Below, piece after piece: positions 55,003 through 64,000 of a DNA stretch of 64,000 nt. This stretch comes from a virus. The notes beneath the pieces are model-generated. The model was not told the origin of the DNA. It searched no databases and worked only from the letters and a program-made list of their open reading frames with translations. How positions within the stretch are numbered: position 1 is the stretch's first letter; the number at the start of each line of letters is the position of its first letter. The position numbers were made by a program, and so were the translations under genes. The stretch spans positions 1-64,000 of the IMG/VR virus record IMGVR_UViG_3300044977_000034. One strand, given 5' to 3'.

Positions 55003-56885
55003 GGCACGTTTCCGCTCTGGTCCCCGGCCCCCTCGCCTTCATGCTCCGTGTAATGCTGTAGCGCCCAAGCGGCGAGCGGCTTTGGGTCAATCTTCGCGCC
55101 GAGCTGCGCCCCTGCGGTTGCTGCGGTCCGCACCGCCGCATTGCGGATGGCTTCGGCGTTGCCGCTCCCCACCGCGCGCGTCCAATTCGTTACCGCTCCA
55201 GAGCCAGCGGGGCTCGCCAGGAATTTGCCCATCGCTTTGAACCCAAGAAAAGCCGTGATGGCTTCTGCGGGATGCCTTGCTCCCTCCACCATCGCGACCG
55301 GGCCGACGGCGTGCATGCCGGAATGGGTTGGATTGGCGTAGCGGCCGAGGCTTTTCCACTGCTGCGAGACAGTCGCCAGATCATCGAGGTTCTGACGCAG
55401 CGCGGGGTTCTGATTGAACAATATGTCCTTCGCTTTGTCGTCGATTTTCGAGTAGCCGGTCAGAAATCTCGCGGTGCTAAAGCTGCCATCAGTCGGGTCT
55501 CGCCCCAGGTTTGAAACGAAGCCTCGCGAAATCTGATCCCAGTCGTTCGCCGGAACGGCTTGCTGCGCCCGCTGCAAGAGATCGAGGTCGCCTGCTTTTC
55601 CCGGCTGGGCGGCGGCCTGAATATTCCCGAACACGTTTTCGGGTTGAGCGTCCATCTTTGAGCCGCCCAGCAGCTCCTGCAACCTTTGCCGATTGTCGGT
55701 GATGGCTTTGAACGTGGCGCTCGCAGTGTTATTCGCGTCCACGGCGTCCTGGCCGCCAGCGCGCCTAGCGGCGTTGGTGAGGTCGCCGGAGAGCGCGCCC
55801 CAAAGGTGCTCGACCTCGTTGTCTTCCAGCTCCTTCGGCCCGACTTGGCCCCAGCTATCCGTCAGGGAGCCCAACCTCGTGCGCAGATCCTTCATCGCGT
55901 TGTAAGTGAGGCCGCCAGGGACGTTGTTCGCGTCCTGAATCAGCTTGGCGACTGGCCCCGTCATTTTCTCGCCATAGGCACCGCGTTTCCCCATGATCTG
56001 GTTGAACGCACCGACGGTGTTCGAGATCGGCGATTGAACCCGTTGGTTCATGAGGCTGTTGGCGTAGGCGTAGCGCTGGTCGACGATGTTCTGAGAGGTT
56101 GGCCCGATCCAATTCTTGAGGCTCGTGCTCGCCGTCTTGCCAGCGCCTCTCGTCGTTGCGCCCGCCGCCGCCTGCGTGGCGGCATCGCCGAGCCCCTCTA
56201 TGGATTTCGCCGTGCCCTCTTCAAGCGGCGCCGCAGCGCCAGGAATGCTGAACCCAAGCTTGCCCGCCATTTGAGTGATCGGCAGGCCGACCGAGTAGCG
56301 CGGCATCGTGACATTGAGCCGCTTCGCCGCATCGAGGATGGTCTGGCGCGCGACGCCTCCGACTGCGGGAAGAACCGAGTTTGCGAGCGCGGCGCCGCCT
56401 GCGCCGCCCGCCGCGCCAAGGGTTCCCTTAACGAGCGAGCCACCAACGCTCTCGCCCTCACCAGCGCCAAGCGCGCCGCCGTAGATCGCGGCCCCTTTCG
56501 CCGTGGCAGCCCCTGGCGTCATGATCATGGGGAGAGATTGCCCACCCGCGTAGAGCCAGGGATGCGCCTCGGCCGCCTGTCCGCCCTTCGTCGCCAGCGC
56601 CTCGCTTGCCGAGGTGTAATCCTGCGGCAGGCCCGCGACGGCTTTCTTCTGGTCCTCATTAAGAAGGCCGTATTCGTCGGCCTTGCGCGCGAGCCATCCG
56701 ATGCCCGCGTTCCCGGCGGCGGCGATCTTTGAACCGCCAGGAATGCCCTTGATCACGCCGTAGCCGAAGGCGCCCGCGCTGCTGTCGGCGTCGCTCGTTG
56801 GCCCGCCATCAGTCGACGTCGGCGGAGGCGGCGCCGCTGGCGTTACGACGTTTCCATCCGCGTCAACGATATCGCCGATTGCCAT
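54996..56885 (-). CDS. Internal virion/DNA ejection protein
   Basis: Ala/Gly-rich helical protein; N.+HSG near C-terminus; gene order. Confidence 0.65.
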   Translation of the reverse strand: MAIGDIVDADGNVVTPAAPPPPTSTDGGPTSDADSSAGAFGYGVIKGIPGGSKIAAAGNAGIGWLARKADEYGLLNEDQKKAVAGLPQDYTSASEALATKGGQAAEAHPWLYAGGQSLPMIMTPGAATAKGAAIYGGALGAGEGESVGGSLVKGTLGAAGGAGGAALANSVLPAVGGVARQTILDAAKRLNVTMPRYSVGLPITQMAGKLGFSIPGAAAPLEEGTAKSIEGLGDAATQAAAGATTRGAGKTASTSLKNWIGPTSQNIVDQRYAYANSLMNQRVQSPISNTVGAFNQIMGKRGAYGEKMTGPVAKLIQDANNVPGGLTYNAMKDLRTRLGSLTDSWGQVGPKELEDNEVEHLWGALSGDLTNAARRAGGQDAVDANNTASATFKAITDNRQRLQELLGGSKMDAQPENVFGNIQAAAQPGKAGDLDLLQRAQQAVPANDWDQISRGFVSNLGRDPTDGSFSTARFLTGYSKIDDKAKDILFNQNPALRQNLDDLATVSQQWKSLGRYANPTHSGMHAVGPVAMVEGARHPAEAITAFLGFKAMGKFLASPAGSGAVTNWTRAVGSGNAEAIRNAAVRTAATAGAQLGAKIDPKPLAAWALQHYTEHEGEGAGDQSGNVPQ

Positions 56886-56887
56886 GG

Positions 56888-59800
56888 CTATGGCTCGTAT
56901 TCGACTTGGAAAGTGCCGTCTGGCTGAGCCCGCACAATCTTGCCGTTAGGCAACGAATAACGCTCGCCGGGTTGAGCGCCCGTCTTCGGGAGCGGCGCGG
57001 GCCAATCCTCGCCGGTCACGTTCTTCATCGTCTCCGGCGTGATGCCCTTGAAGATCGGCACCTCTTTCCGCGCCTTGCCCAGATAGTCGCCGTACTTGTG
57101 CGCCTTGGTGAAGGTGTCCATGTCGTCGCCGACGTTCAGATTATGGCCGGGGACGTTCGAGTACATGTCGTGCTGGTAGTCGAGCGTCGCGAGCTGGTCG
57201 GTGAGGATCTTGCGCAGCGCGGCGGGATCGCGGGTCGGCGAGGCGACCATCATCGTGGCCTCGCGCAGTCCGGCGCGCGGCGCTTTCTGGAGACCTGAGT
57301 TGGCGACCGCAGCGAAGGCCTGCTGAATCGCCGACTTCATCGCCGCGTCGGCGCTCGCCGCCTGCGGCAGCTTGAAGCCGAAGGCGTTGGCCCAGCTCGC
57401 CAGCTCGGCCTGCGCCTCGGACGAGCGACCAGCCTGGAAGTGCTGGTAGATGTTCGACAGCTCGGAGATTTCGCTGCGGGTCTGGTCGTAGGTCGACTCA
57501 AATTTCTCCCTGTTCTCCAGATAGGACTGAAGGACGGGCTTCTGCGCCTCGGTCGTCGCCGAGGTTACCGCCTCTTGCCCCTTGGACGAGATCTCCGCCT
57601 GCTTCTCCCAATTCGATTTTGCGGCCTCCTGCTGGGCCTTGCCTTGCGTGATGAGATCGTCGCCTAGCCCAGGATGGATCAGGTTTTGCTGATTGCCCTG
57701 CGCGATCAGGTTGGTGCCCGCCTTGTAGGCTGGATCTTGGTTGAGGTCGGGGACGCCGCCCGCAGGAGCCGCCCCGGCAGGAGCCGCCCCGGCAGGAGCT
57801 GCGCCAGACGGCGCGCCTCCGGATGGCGCAGCCGCGCCGCTAGGAGCCCCGCTGGGGGCCGCTCCGCCGCCGAGGGTCGGAAGTGTGGGGAGCCCGCCCG
57901 AGGGCGCTCCCTGGCCTCCTGTTGGCGCTGGCGCAGCCGTTCCTCCGCTCCCGCCGCCGAGCAAGCCCTTGCTGCGCAGCATCTGGATGTAGACCTTGTT
58001 CATCATCGCGCCGATCTGGAGCTGCTGGACCTTCAGATCCGCGTCCGCGCCATGCTCGCGCGCTTCCTGCGACAGGTTGTTGATCTGCGCCTGCGCCTCT
58101 CCCCATTGCTTCTCCAGCCCCTTTTGCGCTTGGAGGTAATTGTTCCCGGCCGTTAAGCCCTCGCCGATCGCCGTGCCGAGCTGGGGGGCGCGCGAGGACA
58201 TCATCGCCGCGCCGACGCTCATCAGGTAGCCGCCAGGATCGTGCCGCAGCTCGTCGCCCATGGTGGGCGCTTGCAGATTGCGCCGGTCCAACTGCCCCGG
58301 AGGGGGACCGCTTTGGCTTGGGCCGGGGAGCATGAAGCCGCCGCCGTAGGACGACGTGTCCGCCTCGGCGGGCTGGACGTCCTGCCCCGGTACGTTGGCG
58401 CCGCCCGCTATCTTGTCGGCCTGACCTTTCGTCGACCAATCGTGCCAGCCGTGCTGAGCGGTGTAGTCCGCGACAAACTTGACTTGGTCGGGCACGGTCT
58501 TCGGATCGCGCGGATCGAGGCCGGTCTGTTTCTTGAACTCATCGCCGAGGCCGGAGTGCGGCATGTCGGGGTTAATGCCGCCCATGTGCAGCTGGAACGG
58601 GCCGAACGAGGAGCCGCCGTCGCCGACATAGGACTTGCCCATGCCGCTTTCGAGCGAGGAGATCGTCGAGGCGTACCCGGCGCGATTGCCGAAGTTCTGC
58701 TTGATCAGGTCCGGCACCGCAGGAGCGGCGCCGCCGCCGCTAGGAGCTGGAGCCGCTACCGGCGGCGCTGGCGGCCCCCCGCCCGCGACTTCGGCGTCGA
58801 TGGCGTCGAGGTTCGGCGTCCCGCCATCTGAAAAGCCACCGCGCAGGGAGCCAAGCCCCACGCCACCTCCTGTCCTAAAGCCGAGATCCTGCCCTACGTC
58901 GAAGGCGTTGTCCGAGAGATTGGAGAAGTCCGGTGTCCCGGCCATGCTCCCCCATCCTCCAGAGGCGTCGCTCGGGTCGCCCGCCGGAGCCGTCTGCTGG
59001 CCGCCTGCCTGACCCGCGAATTTCTTCACCGCGTCGCCGAGCTTGCCGAGGCCGTCACCGCCGAGAGGCCCGCCGCCTGCGGCCGGTGGCGGCGCCGAAC
59101 TAGGCGGCGCAGGAGGCCCGTGCCCGCCGCCGCCTTGCATCGGCGTCGCCGAGGCCGTGATCTCCGCCAGGAACGGATCGCCGATGTCGGCCCCAGTCAG
59201 GCCGCCGCTGGCCCCGCCGCTGGCGAAACCGGCGCGGTCGCCGCCGCCGAACAGGTCGCCGAATCCACCGGCCGCCTTGTTGGCGGTCGCGATCGAGCCG
59301 AGGCCTCCGCCCTGCGAAGTCTGGCCGGTCACGCCCGCGCCCTGCGGGGTGTAGGCGCCCGCGTTCATCATGGGCGAGGAGCCGAGCACGCCGCCGCCGC
59401 CCTGGAAGCCAGCATAGGCTCGCGAGAGGGAGTCATCGCCCGTGATGCCGCTCGCCACACTGGTCGCAGGATGCATCCTCTTCTGATTGGCGATGATGCT
59501 CGGGTCCATCGGCCCTGGACCGGCCATGTTCTGGCGCGCCACGATCTCCGGATCGACGATTCCCGTTCCCAGCGAAGACCCCGAGCCCCGCGCGCGCATC
59601 GCGTCATGCTGCCGCACGATGTGCCGCATGGTCGTGATCGCCGGGTGCTCCGGCGCCTGTGCACGAGCATTCGGACTGATCCCCGCGCCTGCTCCGCCGC
59701 CGCCCGAGCCGGGGACATAGGTCGCGCCGCGCGCGTTGCCGGTCGTCGGCGTGTAGTGCCCCGAGAGGTCGAGCGCGGAGATCGGCGGCCCACCCATGTT

Positions 59801-62800
59801 GGAGACCTGGGTAAAGTGCGGGCCGCCGCCTCCGCCGCCAGCGCCCTGGAAGCTCGGCGCTTCGGCGACAGCTCGCGGATCGATCTGGGCGCGCTGCGGA
59901 CCGCGACTGGGGCCAAGATCGAAAGTGTCATCGGGGAGCGAAGAGAAGTCCGGCGTCCCAACCCCTCCCCCATTCCCGCCGAAGATCGAGTCCCAATCGA
60001 TATTGCTGAGATCCGGCGAGGCAGGCGTGCCAGTGGGCGCTTCCATGACATTGCCAGCGCCGCCGCCGATCGGGATCGAGCCACCGTCATCGCGGCCGAT
60101 TCGCCCTCCCCAGTAGCGAGGAACCCGGCCGCCGCGCGCCTCGGCGGCGATCCCTTGGCCACCGCCTCGGAAGACGCCGGGGAGGTCGACGTCCCAGCCC
60201 GTGTGCATGGGCGCTTCGTCGCCCGAAGGCGGCGCGATAGCCAGCGGGCGCTGCCCGAACGGGTCGCCGCCGACGAGCCTCGGCGCCATCAGCGGTCGCC
60301 CGCCCGCCTCTGAAAATTCGGCGCTCTCGCGCGGCGCCTCGACCTCGGCCGATGGCTTGTTCCACTCCTGCGTGCCCTCAAGCGGCGGGGCTCGCGTCGC
60401 CGGGAGGTTCTGCTTCGGGACGCCACCGAAGAACGCCGCCCTGGTCATCGGCGCGTTCGACGGCGTTCCTGCCGCCTCCGGCGGGACCAAGCCCAAGGTC
60501 GGATAGCCCATGCCAGGACCGCGCGAGCCAGGAACGGACGGCTCTCGCATAGTCAGCGAATCGCGCAGGGTCGCAGGCGCTTGGCCGCCGACCGGCGCCA
60601 CCGATCGCGGCGCCGTCATCGGTAGCCCGCCAGGGCCAGGAGGCTGCGGGCGCGGGTCGTCCTCCGGTCGATAAGGCGTGATGTCGTGGTGCTCGCCGGT
60701 CACCGGGTCAGGCGCGATGACGCGCGGCCTGACGACGCCGCGCTGGACCGCCGCCTTGGCGCGCGCCTGCCCGAGCTGACGCTGCATCTGGATGGCGCGC
60801 GGCGTTTGCTGCTGCTGACCGCCGCCGAACAGGTGCGAGAGGTCGAGCGCGGTATAGGTCGGCGGATTGCGCGCCGGATTCGCCGTGGGCTGGTAGGTCG
60901 TGAACTGCGGGAAGCCGCCGCGCTGGAAGCCGGATCGCATGTTCACTCCTCCGCCGCCCGCCCTGCTCATCCCGGCAGGCACCCATTCATTGTGAAAGAC
61001 ATTGCCCGTCGGCGCGCCCATGCCAGCGTTTTCGCCGCCAGCTGCGCCACCAGTGGTCGTCCCGCCAACGCTAGTCCAGTACCCCCCCTGCGGCTGCTGT
61101 GCGGCGGGCGCCGCTGCGGCAGCTGGCGCCGTCTTCGGGTTTTGAACCGGCGTCGATCCGGGCGTGTAGCCGAAGCCGCCGCTGCCGCCAGCGCCGCCAG
61201 CGCCGCCGCTTCCCTGTGTGCCGAAGTATTCATCGACAATTTGGCCGAGCCCACCGCGAGACAGCCCGCCTTCCGTCGCCCCCGCCGCGCCCATCGGACC
61301 GGGCATCCTCGCGCCGCCCACCGGCATCGGGCCGCTATTCGCGGCAGGCGCAGTGCCCATGGAGGCTTGCGTGCCGCCGAAGGCGCCCGCGAGCGAAGCC
61401 TCGGCCGAGCCGAACTGCGGCGAGTTCTGGAGGTTCTGATAGTCCGGCTGCGGCGAAACCGGGAACCCCGTCGCAGGCTGCGGCGGCAACCATTCCCCGC
61501 CGCCGATCGCGGCGCCCTGGTCGACATCGATGCCGGTGTAGGGCGACTTCGACCCGGCGCTCTCCTCGCCGAACAGCGCCTCGGAGATGCCCGCTTGGGA
61601 ATTGAGCAGCGTTCCCGGCTGCCAGCCCTCGCTGTAGCTGGCGCTCGATCCGGACCCGATCGGGATGACGCCAGGAGGAAGCACCACGCCGCCCTCTTGG
61701 AAGCTCTGGCGCGGCTGGGCGAGCGCAGTCTCGGGCTGGGGATGCATAGTCGTCCCGCCCATGAGAGCGAACGAGCCCATGCCCGAGCGTGCGCTGGGGT
61801 CGCCCATGAACATGAGCGCCTGATCCGGCGACATCGACTGCGGCTTTTGCTGCGGCTGGATGCCCTGCGTCACGCCTTGCGTCACGCCGCCAGGAGGCGG
61901 CTCCGCCTCGCCGCCGTCGGCGTAGTGTCCGCGCTCGGCCGCGCCTTGCGTCGCGCGCCCATAATCGATGCCAAGCAAGTCCCCCATGCCGATGCGGTGG
62001 ACGCTGCCAGGATCGTGGTAGGCCTCCTCCTGCGCGATCAAGCCGATCTGCGTGCGCGGATCGCCCTTGAAGTTGTAGCGGTAGATGTTCTGACCGTCGT
62101 AGGTCTTGCCGATTTCCTCCACGTTCTCTTTCGCGCGCTCGTCCGACATGCCGACGAGGCTGCCAAGAAGACCGAGGCCGGATGTCGCCGCGCCGAGGCC
62201 TTGCGCGATCGAGTTCGGCCCCGGCGAAGTGGTCTGGCTCTGTCCCCCCGAGAGGCTGCCGGTTCCCTCGATGAGGTTGCCCAACCAGCCGGTCGTCGTG
62301 AATGGATAGGCTTGGCCCTGCTGGTACATCTGCTGAGCGGCAGTATCGATCGCTTGCTGTTCCTGCTGCGGGATCATGCCAGCTTGGATATCGGCCTGCG
62401 CCCCTTGCAGGCCCGCCTGCTGCGCAGACTGGCCGATCTCCCCGAGCTGGGCGGCCCCTGACATCTGGCGCGCGGCGTTGGCCTGCTGCGCCGCAAGGTT
62501 GGTGGATTGCTGCCCCGTCCAATCGCCCATCGCCTGGGTGAAGTTGGCTTGATTCAGGCCCGCGATCGTCGGCGCTTCGGCGAGGTTCTGCTGGTTCGCC
62601 AGGATCGATTGGCCGATGCCAGCGCGGTCGCCGCCGAAAGCCCCAGAACTAATGTTCGCGGAATTTAAGAACTGAGCCTGTTGCTCGTTCTGGTTGTTCA
62701 TCTCCGCTTGGGTTGTGTCAACGACCGAGCTGGTGTACGGGTTCATAAACGGGGCTAACGAACCCATGCCTTGGAATTGCATCGGGTTGACCGGCGCAGA

Positions 62801-63097
62801 CGCGCCCATCGTCATCGCCCCGGCCGCGCCGAGATAAGGCTGCGCGGCGTTCGCGTACTGGTTGATTCCCCCGAGCCCCGCGTTGGTCTGGCTCGTCAGC
62901 GGGGCGACCTGTTCGCCCTGGTAGGGCTGATAGGGCTGGTTCGCGACGTTGGTCGCGCGGTCGACAAGGCTCTGGTACTCAGCCATCACCTGGGGCGGCG
63001 GCCCCGAAGAGGATGATGTCTGCTGAGTGGTGCCGCCCTTTGAGCCGCCCTCGAAACAGAATGGCTGGCGAAAAGAGGCTTCTCTGGGCGGCCTCAT
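56888..63097 (-). CDS. Very large internal virion/ejection protein with peptidase S74-like and lysozyme-like domains
   Basis: PYQPYQG..VA, GAFGG.R; SDERAKEN...Y.Y.FK...IGLIAQE; LESG...SSFGPFQL. Confidence 0.75.
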   Translation of the reverse strand: MRPPREASFRQPFCFEGGSKGGTTQQTSSSSGPPPQVMAEYQSLVDRATNVANQPYQPYQGEQVAPLTSQTNAGLGGINQYANAAQPYLGAAGAMTMGASAPVNPMQFQGMGSLAPFMNPYTSSVVDTTQAEMNNQNEQQAQFLNSANISSGAFGGDRAGIGQSILANQQNLAEAPTIAGLNQANFTQAMGDWTGQQSTNLAAQQANAARQMSGAAQLGEIGQSAQQAGLQGAQADIQAGMIPQQEQQAIDTAAQQMYQQGQAYPFTTTGWLGNLIEGTGSLSGGQSQTTSPGPNSIAQGLGAATSGLGLLGSLVGMSDERAKENVEEIGKTYDGQNIYRYNFKGDPRTQIGLIAQEEAYHDPGSVHRIGMGDLLGIDYGRATQGAAERGHYADGGEAEPPPGGVTQGVTQGIQPQQKPQSMSPDQALMFMGDPSARSGMGSFALMGGTTMHPQPETALAQPRQSFQEGGVVLPPGVIPIGSGSSASYSEGWQPGTLLNSQAGISEALFGEESAGSKSPYTGIDVDQGAAIGGGEWLPPQPATGFPVSPQPDYQNLQNSPQFGSAEASLAGAFGGTQASMGTAPAANSGPMPVGGARMPGPMGAAGATEGGLSRGGLGQIVDEYFGTQGSGGAGGAGGSGGFGYTPGSTPVQNPKTAPAAAAAPAAQQPQGGYWTSVGGTTTGGAAGGENAGMGAPTGNVFHNEWVPAGMSRAGGGGVNMRSGFQRGGFPQFTTYQPTANPARNPPTYTALDLSHLFGGGQQQQTPRAIQMQRQLGQARAKAAVQRGVVRPRVIAPDPVTGEHHDITPYRPEDDPRPQPPGPGGLPMTAPRSVAPVGGQAPATLRDSLTMREPSVPGSRGPGMGYPTLGLVPPEAAGTPSNAPMTRAAFFGGVPKQNLPATRAPPLEGTQEWNKPSAEVEAPRESAEFSEAGGRPLMAPRLVGGDPFGQRPLAIAPPSGDEAPMHTGWDVDLPGVFRGGGQGIAAEARGGRVPRYWGGRIGRDDGGSIPIGGGAGNVMEAPTGTPASPDLSNIDWDSIFGGNGGGVGTPDFSSLPDDTFDLGPSRGPQRAQIDPRAVAEAPSFQGAGGGGGGPHFTQVSNMGGPPISALDLSGHYTPTTGNARGATYVPGSGGGGAGAGISPNARAQAPEHPAITTMRHIVRQHDAMRARGSGSSLGTGIVDPEIVARQNMAGPGPMDPSIIANQKRMHPATSVASGITGDDSLSRAYAGFQGGGGVLGSSPMMNAGAYTPQGAGVTGQTSQGGGLGSIATANKAAGGFGDLFGGGDRAGFASGGASGGLTGADIGDPFLAEITASATPMQGGGGHGPPAPPSSAPPPAAGGGPLGGDGLGKLGDAVKKFAGQAGGQQTAPAGDPSDASGGWGSMAGTPDFSNLSDNAFDVGQDLGFRTGGGVGLGSLRGGFSDGGTPNLDAIDAEVAGGGPPAPPVAAPAPSGGGAAPAVPDLIKQNFGNRAGYASTISSLESGMGKSYVGDGGSSFGPFQLHMGGINPDMPHSGLGDEFKKQTGLDPRDPKTVPDQVKFVADYTAQHGWHDWSTKGQADKIAGGANVPGQDVQPAEADTSSYGGGFMLPGPSQSGPPPGQLDRRNLQAPTMGDELRHDPGGYLMSVGAAMMSSRAPQLGTAIGEGLTAGNNYLQAQKGLEKQWGEAQAQINNLSQEAREHGADADLKVQQLQIGAMMNKVYIQMLRSKGLLGGGSGGTAAPAPTGGQGAPSGGLPTLPTLGGGAAPSGAPSGAAAPSGGAPSGAAPAGAAPAGAAPAGGVPDLNQDPAYKAGTNLIAQGNQQNLIHPGLGDDLITQGKAQQEAAKSNWEKQAEISSKGQEAVTSATTEAQKPVLQSYLENREKFESTYDQTRSEISELSNIYQHFQAGRSSEAQAELASWANAFGFKLPQAASADAAMKSAIQQAFAAVANSGLQKAPRAGLREATMMVASPTRDPAALRKILTDQLATLDYQHDMYSNVPGHNLNVGDDMDTFTKAHKYGDYLGKARKEVPIFKGITPETMKNVTGEDWPAPLPKTGAQPGERYSLPNGKIVRAQPDGTFQVEYEP

Positions 63098-63102
63098 GGT
63101 CG

Positions 63103-63669
63103 CTACTCCGCCGCGACTTTGTTCGCGGGCGGCATATCAGCGAGGCGTTCGGCGAAAGGTGTTCGGTTCGGCGGGGCGTAGCAGAAGAAAGCCCCGAACT
63201 GCGGGACCCAGCGGCGATAGAGTCGGATCTTCGCAGCGGTCCGGATGTTCGAGTACACGCCGATGGTGAGGTCGAGGCCGATCTGATCGGAGCATTGCTT
63301 CGCGTAAGCGATCAGGTCGTTGGCGAAGCCCATGCGCCGATATTCCGGGCGCACGAAATTGAAAAATTCGAGCAGCTGCCAGTCGTCCGAATACCAGATC
63401 GGTTCGATGAGCAGGAAGATCGCGCCCTTGAGATGATCCCTCTCACCGATGACGCCGAGAATGCCGCGCCGCTCCGGCCCCTGGTGGATGGCAAGGCGAA
63501 TCATCGCCGCGACCTTGCCCATGTTCAACGGGTGATAAGGTTGTTCGCGATGCATGAGTCGGCACATGTCCAAGATCGCCAGCTCGTCGTCGTCGTCGGC
63601 TAAGCGGATCGGCGTGCGCGGTGGCGTCGAGCGCAGCTCCTCTTCGTGTTCGCGGCTGAACTCTTTCAC
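63103..63669 (-). CDS. GNAT acetyltransferase-like virion-module protein
   Basis: IRLA..DD, FVRPEYRR.G. Confidence 0.7.
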   Translation of the reverse strand: MKEFSREHEEELRSTPPRTPIRLADDDDELAILDMCRLMHREQPYHPLNMGKVAAMIRLAIHQGPERRGILGVIGERDHLKGAIFLLIEPIWYSDDWQLLEFFNFVRPEYRRMGFANDLIAYAKQCSDQIGLDLTIGVYSNIRTAAKIRLYRRWVPQFGAFFCYAPPNRTPFAERLADMPPANKVAAE

Positions 63670-63679
63670 GCCACTTCTC

Positions 63680-64000
63680 CTATTTCGCCGGACCAGGGAG
63701 CTGCTTGAGTGTTTGCGCCGCTTCCTTCTTCAGGGCGACGACCCACTTGTCGAGGACGAGGTGTCCTTTGTCGACATTGCCGTCGCCGATTCGCGCGACC
63801 TCGTCCGGCTCGATGACGAACTCGCCGCCGCTCGCATTGATCGGGACCGCCGGACCGGGGCCGCGCGCCGCGCCGCCATGCTTCTGCTTCCCCTCCTCCA
63901 GCGCCGGGTTCTGCGCCGTGTAGCCAGGAGGACCGAAAACGGGCGGCTGAAAGTGCGCGGGCGGCGGCTTCGGAATCCCCACGCCCTTGCTAACCGGGAG
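63680..64000 (-). CDS. Virion protein, C-terminal part only
   Basis: VPI.ASGGEFVI.P..V..IG.G....G..VLD. Confidence 0.6.
   Translation of the reverse strand, partial: LPVSKGVGIPKPPPAHFQPPVFGPPGYTAQNPALEEGKQKHGGAARGPGPAVPINASGGEFVIEPDEVARIGDGNVDKGHLVLDKWVVALKKEAAQTLKQLPGPAK

Noticed and set aside
3194-62461. Long antisense ORFs (e.g. 3194-4732, 11131-12387, 13450-14649, 60686-62461)
   Set aside because: Shadow frames of high-GC genes, with no motifs or ribosome-binding sites

Overview
Most of a circularly permuted, roughly 65% GC, podovirus-like tailed phage genome. The host is probably an alphaproteobacterium (GapR-like, PEPxxWA-CTERM and DUF3309-like genes; alpha-type promoters). The minus strand carries the virion module (terminase, portal, GroES-like co-chaperonin, scaffold, major capsid, adaptor, internal/ejected proteins, tail fibres), lysis genes and replication genes (primase, RepA-like helicase, RuvC-like, Cro-like). 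The plus strand carries an early accessory region (ArdC, split SNF2 helicase, many small ORFs), a YqaJ/RecT pair and a recombinase/DGQHR/radical-SAM cassette. There is one tRNA-Phe. The main result is an RNA-level layer in the early region. Three complete type II hammerhead ribozymes sit directly after stop codons, and all three share the same stem II (AGGC or GGGC paired with GCCU). They belong to a family of about 14 plus-strand gene leaders with a bipartite GCCTA...GGAGTCGA start-associated signal. A second, unclassified repeated RNA structure occupies the same intergenic slot. Also seen: a genome-wide TTGCA-N5-TGCAA operator, 11-bp-phased GGGAC arrays upstream of terS, and a helicase gene split by an intronless HNH. 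All protein calls come from motif recognition by eye; no searches were run.
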